64,000 bases of DNA, taken from positions 40,610,001-40,674,000 of the forward strand of contig OZ024749.1 of assembly GCA_964016885.1 (NCBI GenBank), given 5' to 3'. A model generated the notes under the pieces. It ran no database searches, had not been told where the DNA came from, and saw only the letters and a list, made by a program, of their open reading frames with translations. Made by a program: the position numbers and the translations under genes. This DNA is from Eledone cirrhosa. Lineage: Eukaryota. How positions within the stretch are numbered: position 1 is the stretch's first letter; each line of letters starts with the position of its first letter. Positions 59,109 to 64,000 of this stretch are shown here, one piece after another.

Positions 59109-61384
59109 CCACTGCTTACAAAAAAGGTTTTTCACTCAAAATAGAGTAGATTGTATGAGGCAAGTATATGAACAGCAATGCTGCATGGTAGTGAGACCTG
59201 GGTGGTGTGTGCAGAGGACTTATGAAGGTTGGAAAGAAATGGAGCTTGCATGCTCTGATGGATGTGTAATTGTAATATAAATGAACAGCAAAGCATAAAT
59301 GTACTGAGAGAGAAATTAGGTATAAGAGGGATCAGATGCAGTGTACATGGATGTTAAACTCATGATATATATATATATATATATATATCATGAGTTTAAA
59401 TTAGCCGTCCAGAATTAACCGTCGAAACGGCTTGAGCTCAGCTGTCGGGGTCTTACTGGTTCCTATTATCCACTCTACTACCTCAAGTATTGAGTACTTT
59501 GGTGCGTTATGGTCCACCTGGTTCCTTACCACATTTCCTTCGTTATATATATATATATATATAATGTTATATTATATTTAATCATTTAACATCCATTTTC
59601 CTTGCTAGCAAGAACAGAAAGTGAATTTTTATATTCAGCATTTTTAGTCAATAATATCAGGTCCAGAACTTAAGGCTGGATTAATTTTACCAATTGCTGT
59701 TTAGATCCCTTTAACATATACTACCCCCACCCCATATATATATAAACAGGCTTTCACAAGGTTTCTGTCATATGCAAGGCATTAATCAACCTGAAGCTCT
59801 GATAGAAGAAAGATTCTTGCCCAAGGTACCTCACAGTAGAATTGAACTGAGACCCTTGTAGATACGAATTGATCCACTTCTACCTTCCCACTCCCATAGC
59901 AATGCCTGTGTTCTAGTCGGTAACAGATGTAGTTACAAAGACTATTTCACATAATTACTACACCTAGTAATTAGTAACTCTAGCATAGCTTTGTTTTCCT
60001 CACTTCTCTTTCATTGAAAGACAATCAAGCTGCACTTACTATTAAGTTATCGTATACACCATGTACTCTACTCTGTGTGTGAGTGTGTGTACACTACCTG
60101 GTGCAGGTGTAGAGATGGTAGTGAGGTTGTATTTGTGATGCTAATGGTGGTGGTGGCAGTTGTGGTGTAAAATGAAAATGAAGCTCATATTCAGTTGATG
60201 CAGCAATATATATGTGTGTATACACAGATTCTTATGACAATAGAGGACCCTCTAAGTGGTCATTCAATCTGTTAGAAATAGTAACAAAGAGAGAAAAGAA
60301 TCTTGGTGTTGGTATTTGATATTTTATCTCTATATTTTAACTCTGGTATCGCTGCAGAACAGTTTACTAGAGTGGTTGCCCTTTATCATCACTCTTTAGA
60401 AATAGAAACAGTGTTCTTACCACTCAATGTCATAAAAATTGTATGATATTGACTAGCAGACATTCCCATCTTCTGGGAAGGGGAATGTTTGTTTGTTTTT
60501 TTCTTCTTTTTTTTTCAAACATATGTCTCAGACGACTTTCAAGTGAATAGTGTTGTTTTTTTGTTTATTTCAGGGGATACATGCAATGGATATAAAAAGA
60601 TTATAAAAATTTCCCTCTTCACTCTTTCTCCTGTAGGAAAGGCGAAAATGTCTGTCTCATCTGTAGCACCTTTCATGCTCCACCTCTGTAAATTAGGCAG
60701 CATAGGCCAGGATAAACTAATGAATGCCTTTCATAGGTCTGCTCAGTCAATAGTAACATTTGGACAGTTTTGGTAATCTAACCAACTTTCTCATTATAAT
60801 GGAAATTTAGATAAATATAGACAGTTTAACCTTTTCTTAAAGAAAGGGTTAAACTATCTACTGATGTATGACTGCCTATGTTTGTATTCAAATAATTTTG
60901 AAAATAAGTATTTGGAGTGATTTAGTAATATAACTTTCTCATTTAAAGCTAGTGTTTGGAAGATAAAGATCCTTATTTAACATTATAATGGAGGATTTTT
61001 AGATAAATATAAACATAGACCTTTCATTACCATATTACTAATGAAAGACTGCCTATGAATTTCAAATAATTTTGAAAAACAAGAATCTGGAGAGATTTAG
61101 TCATGTTACTAACTTTCTCATTATTAAGCTGGTGTTTGGAACATAACCTAACAAAGGTTCTTACATAAAATTTTTGATAGAAGATTTTTAGATTAATATG
61201 TACACTTTAAAACAAGCAGTTTTAATTATAAAATCTGGGTCAGTTTTACATGGTTTGGTATTGAAAGGGTTATTTTCTTCTTTTATTATAAAGTACCAGT
61301 TTTATTATAAAGTACTTGGATAATTGTGCCAAAAGTAGAAACAATTATAAACACACAGACACACACAACCACAGATGATAAATA

Positions 61385-61670
61385 TATCTTCTCTTCTTCT
61401 TTGCCCACTTATTCATGAGAGGGTCATGGGGGCAGAGTCTTCAAACACTCCTTCCAGCTGGTCCTGTCAGAAGCAACTGTCTTGTCTCCAATTGATATGG
61501 CTGGATTCCCAAGCGAGACTAGCCGAGCTCATGGATGTTATCCAACTATCTGGCTTGGGGTCTATCCCTGGGTCTGCTGCCAGTTGGTTTTGCCCATAAT
61601 ATCAGAGCAGTGATCTCTCAATTTGGAAACACATCAGTTCTACCTAGAGTGACTCTCTGTTCTCCAAGCT
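61385..61670 (-). mobile_element. RTE-type LINE 3' fragment (second family, not inverted)
   Basis: Minus strand has RPRDRPQAR*LDNIHELG...VASDRTSWKECLKTLPP. It gives the colinear order used to recognise the inversion at 36083-36402. Confidence 0.75.
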
Positions 61671-62284
61671 ACACATTCTGAATCACATTACTCCAAACCC
61701 TGCAGAGGAATCCCATTTCGACCGTTTGTATTCACGATTGTATTCTTTCAGTCACATTTTTTCACGCTCAGAGTTGCTGAAGCATGGAACAAACTGCCTG
61801 CGTCAATTGTTAGCTGCCGAGACACTGCATCCTTTAAGACACTCATGCTTCCCAAAATACGCCAAAACTACACCTGATGTACCCCTTCCATACACATGCA
61901 CACATGTGTGTATCATGACTCGTGCACTGTTCATTTTACTGATGTTTGTGCATTGCCCTATGTACTGTACATGCACTTTTTTGATGAGTTGTGGTGCACC
62001 TGGGCACTGTGCACAATATTTCGTTATTGTTATTATATCATGACTCATACACTGTTTATTTTCCTGACATTTGTACATTATTCTATGTACTATACATGCA
62101 CCTTTGATGAGTTGTAGTGCACCTGAGCACTGTACACAATAATTTCATTATTATATTACCCAAGATTCATAGGTATGGTTTGACATGAATACCAAATTGA
62201 AGATAGAGAGTTTGGCTTTGACACCTACCCCCTTCTTCTGATTACTGAATGCTGAAGTTGCTGCATTACTGAATATATATACAT

Positions 62285-62351
<67 letters not shown>

Positions 62352-62648
62352 CACACACACACATACTAAAAAAAGCAGCGTGTCTATCCTGTACAGTGGG
62401 TGTGCTGGAGTTACGATCAGATGTTCCCAGTACATACTGTATTGGTTGGTGTTAGGAAAGACATCCAGCCATAGAAACTTAGCTAAAACAAAGCCTACAA
62501 TTTAGATAGCACCTGCCCGTTCAAGCCTCAGTATGTGACAGCCTGTCTAACCTATGCAAGCATAGAAATTAGATATTAAATGTTGTTGATGTTGATGATG
62601 ATGATGATATGTTAATTTGTTGTTTTTTACTTAATTTAATTATTGCAG

Positions 62649-62771
62649 GAGATTTAAAACGAAACAGTGTAACTTTACAAAATGAACTCTTGAAAAAGAA
62701 ACATGAATTATTTGGTCCTGAAGCAAATATGTACAAAATTTTTGTGAATCCAGGTTCATCTATATCAGAAT
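62649..62771 (+). CDS. NUS1: NUS1 coding exon 2; gene continues beyond the window
   Basis: ttgcag|(G)DLKRNSVTLQNELLKKKHELFGPEANMYKIFVNPGSSISE T|GTAAGT resembles the NUS1 'G.FKRN...L..E.LK...ELLG' segment. Phase is compatible with exon 1. Confidence 0.88.
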
Positions 62772-62851
62772 GTAAGTCTATTATGTACACATACATACAT
62801 ATGTAAAGGTGTTTTATCATGTCACCAACTCTAGTGGGGTTGCCATGCCTT

Positions 62852-62888
<37 letters not shown>

Positions 62889-64000
62889 GTACATGGCTTA
62901 GTGGTTAGAGCATTGGTCTTGCAATCGAAAGGTTGTGAGTTCAATTCTCAGACCGAGTGATGTGTTGTTTCCTTGAGCAAGACACTTTATTTCACATTGC
63001 TCCAGTTTACTCAGCTGTAGAAATGAGATGATAGGGACTGGGGTCCCTATCATTCCACGGCAAAAAAGCACCCAGCACTCACTGTAAATGAGAGGTTGGT
63101 GTTAGGAAGGGCATCCGGCTGTAGAAATCAAGCCAGAATCAGTTCCCGTCCCACCCTTGCAAGCAGGGAAAAAGCGGACATAAAATGAAATGATGAAATG
63201 AATGATGATGATATAACAGGATTGATTCAGTTAGAAACTGGTTAGACCATTATTCACCAGAGTACTCGATAACTCTTGCCGTTTCAACAATTATTATATA
63301 TATATATATATATAAAAGACGTAAAATAAGAACATTTTTTTAAAAATTAACTTACTTACTTAAATTTTCACTCCAACTAATTAGTTTCTGCAATGGGATA
63401 AAGACAGTTACGTAATGAACTGTTGAGAATTTCATTGCGTCATCAGGGAGGTCATTCTCAGCCGAGTCTCCAGGCAATGCGCGGACACTGGGGACTTATA
63501 TAAAAATAATTATAATTCGGTAACTGGAACAGCTATCGAGGACTGGATTCCAGCTACTGAAAATTCACACTGCCACTGATCATATGGCCGATTCTAAAGA
63601 ATCAATCACGTGACACAGAGGCTAGTCAGTAGGAATGGGATGGTAAGATGACAGACGCCTACTAACACCCCCAAAAAAAATTTAGAAGTGGTTTTGGCAG
63701 GTTTGCTCGACAAATCAGTGATTTGGAGATAAATATAGATAATTTAATATATCTACTAACATAAGCGCACAGATGTACGCTAATGCCAGCAAATACACAG
63801 GTTATGTCATAGTACCTAGGTGGTTCAATGCAGGAGAATGCAGAACAATAATATAAAAGACGTAAAATAAGAAAATTTAAAAATATATATATATATATAT
63901 ATACAGGGTGTATCAAAAAGGATCATCTGATTTTATTTACAATTTTTACAAAGGCTCAATCTGCAAATAACTTTGTAAAAATTTATAAGAGTTATAAAAA

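Noticed and set aside
63420-63455. Minus-strand CUGAUGA-cgcaau-GAAA hammerhead candidate
   Set aside because: No pairable stem II base, stem III or stem I partner. At best a decayed remnant.

Overview
AT-rich eukaryotic DNA dominated by microsatellites. The SINE/LINE content suggests an octopod cephalopod (inference). Three spliced genes are readable that the ORF track largely misses. (1) A minus-strand gene with several MYND zinc fingers, one exon of which is tandemly duplicated; it runs off the left edge. (2) A complete selenoprotein T gene (SELENOT, 198 aa, CYSU motif, in-frame TGA at 36532-36534) with a 25.7-kb first intron and a type II SECIS element in a separate non-coding last exon. 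(3) The first two exons of NUS1. Introns and spacers hold multi-kb (TA)n arrays, tRNA-derived SINEs, RTE/CR1/CRE LINE fragments, a Buster-type hAT element, Merlin and Penelope fragments and MITEs. The most unusual signal is a set of about nine full and several half type I hammerhead-ribozyme motifs, mostly inside fold-back palindromes or direct repeats next to (TA)n tracts. Two RTE insertions also show a 5'-inversion (twin-priming) structure. All calls come from reading the sequence by eye; no searches or folding programs were run.
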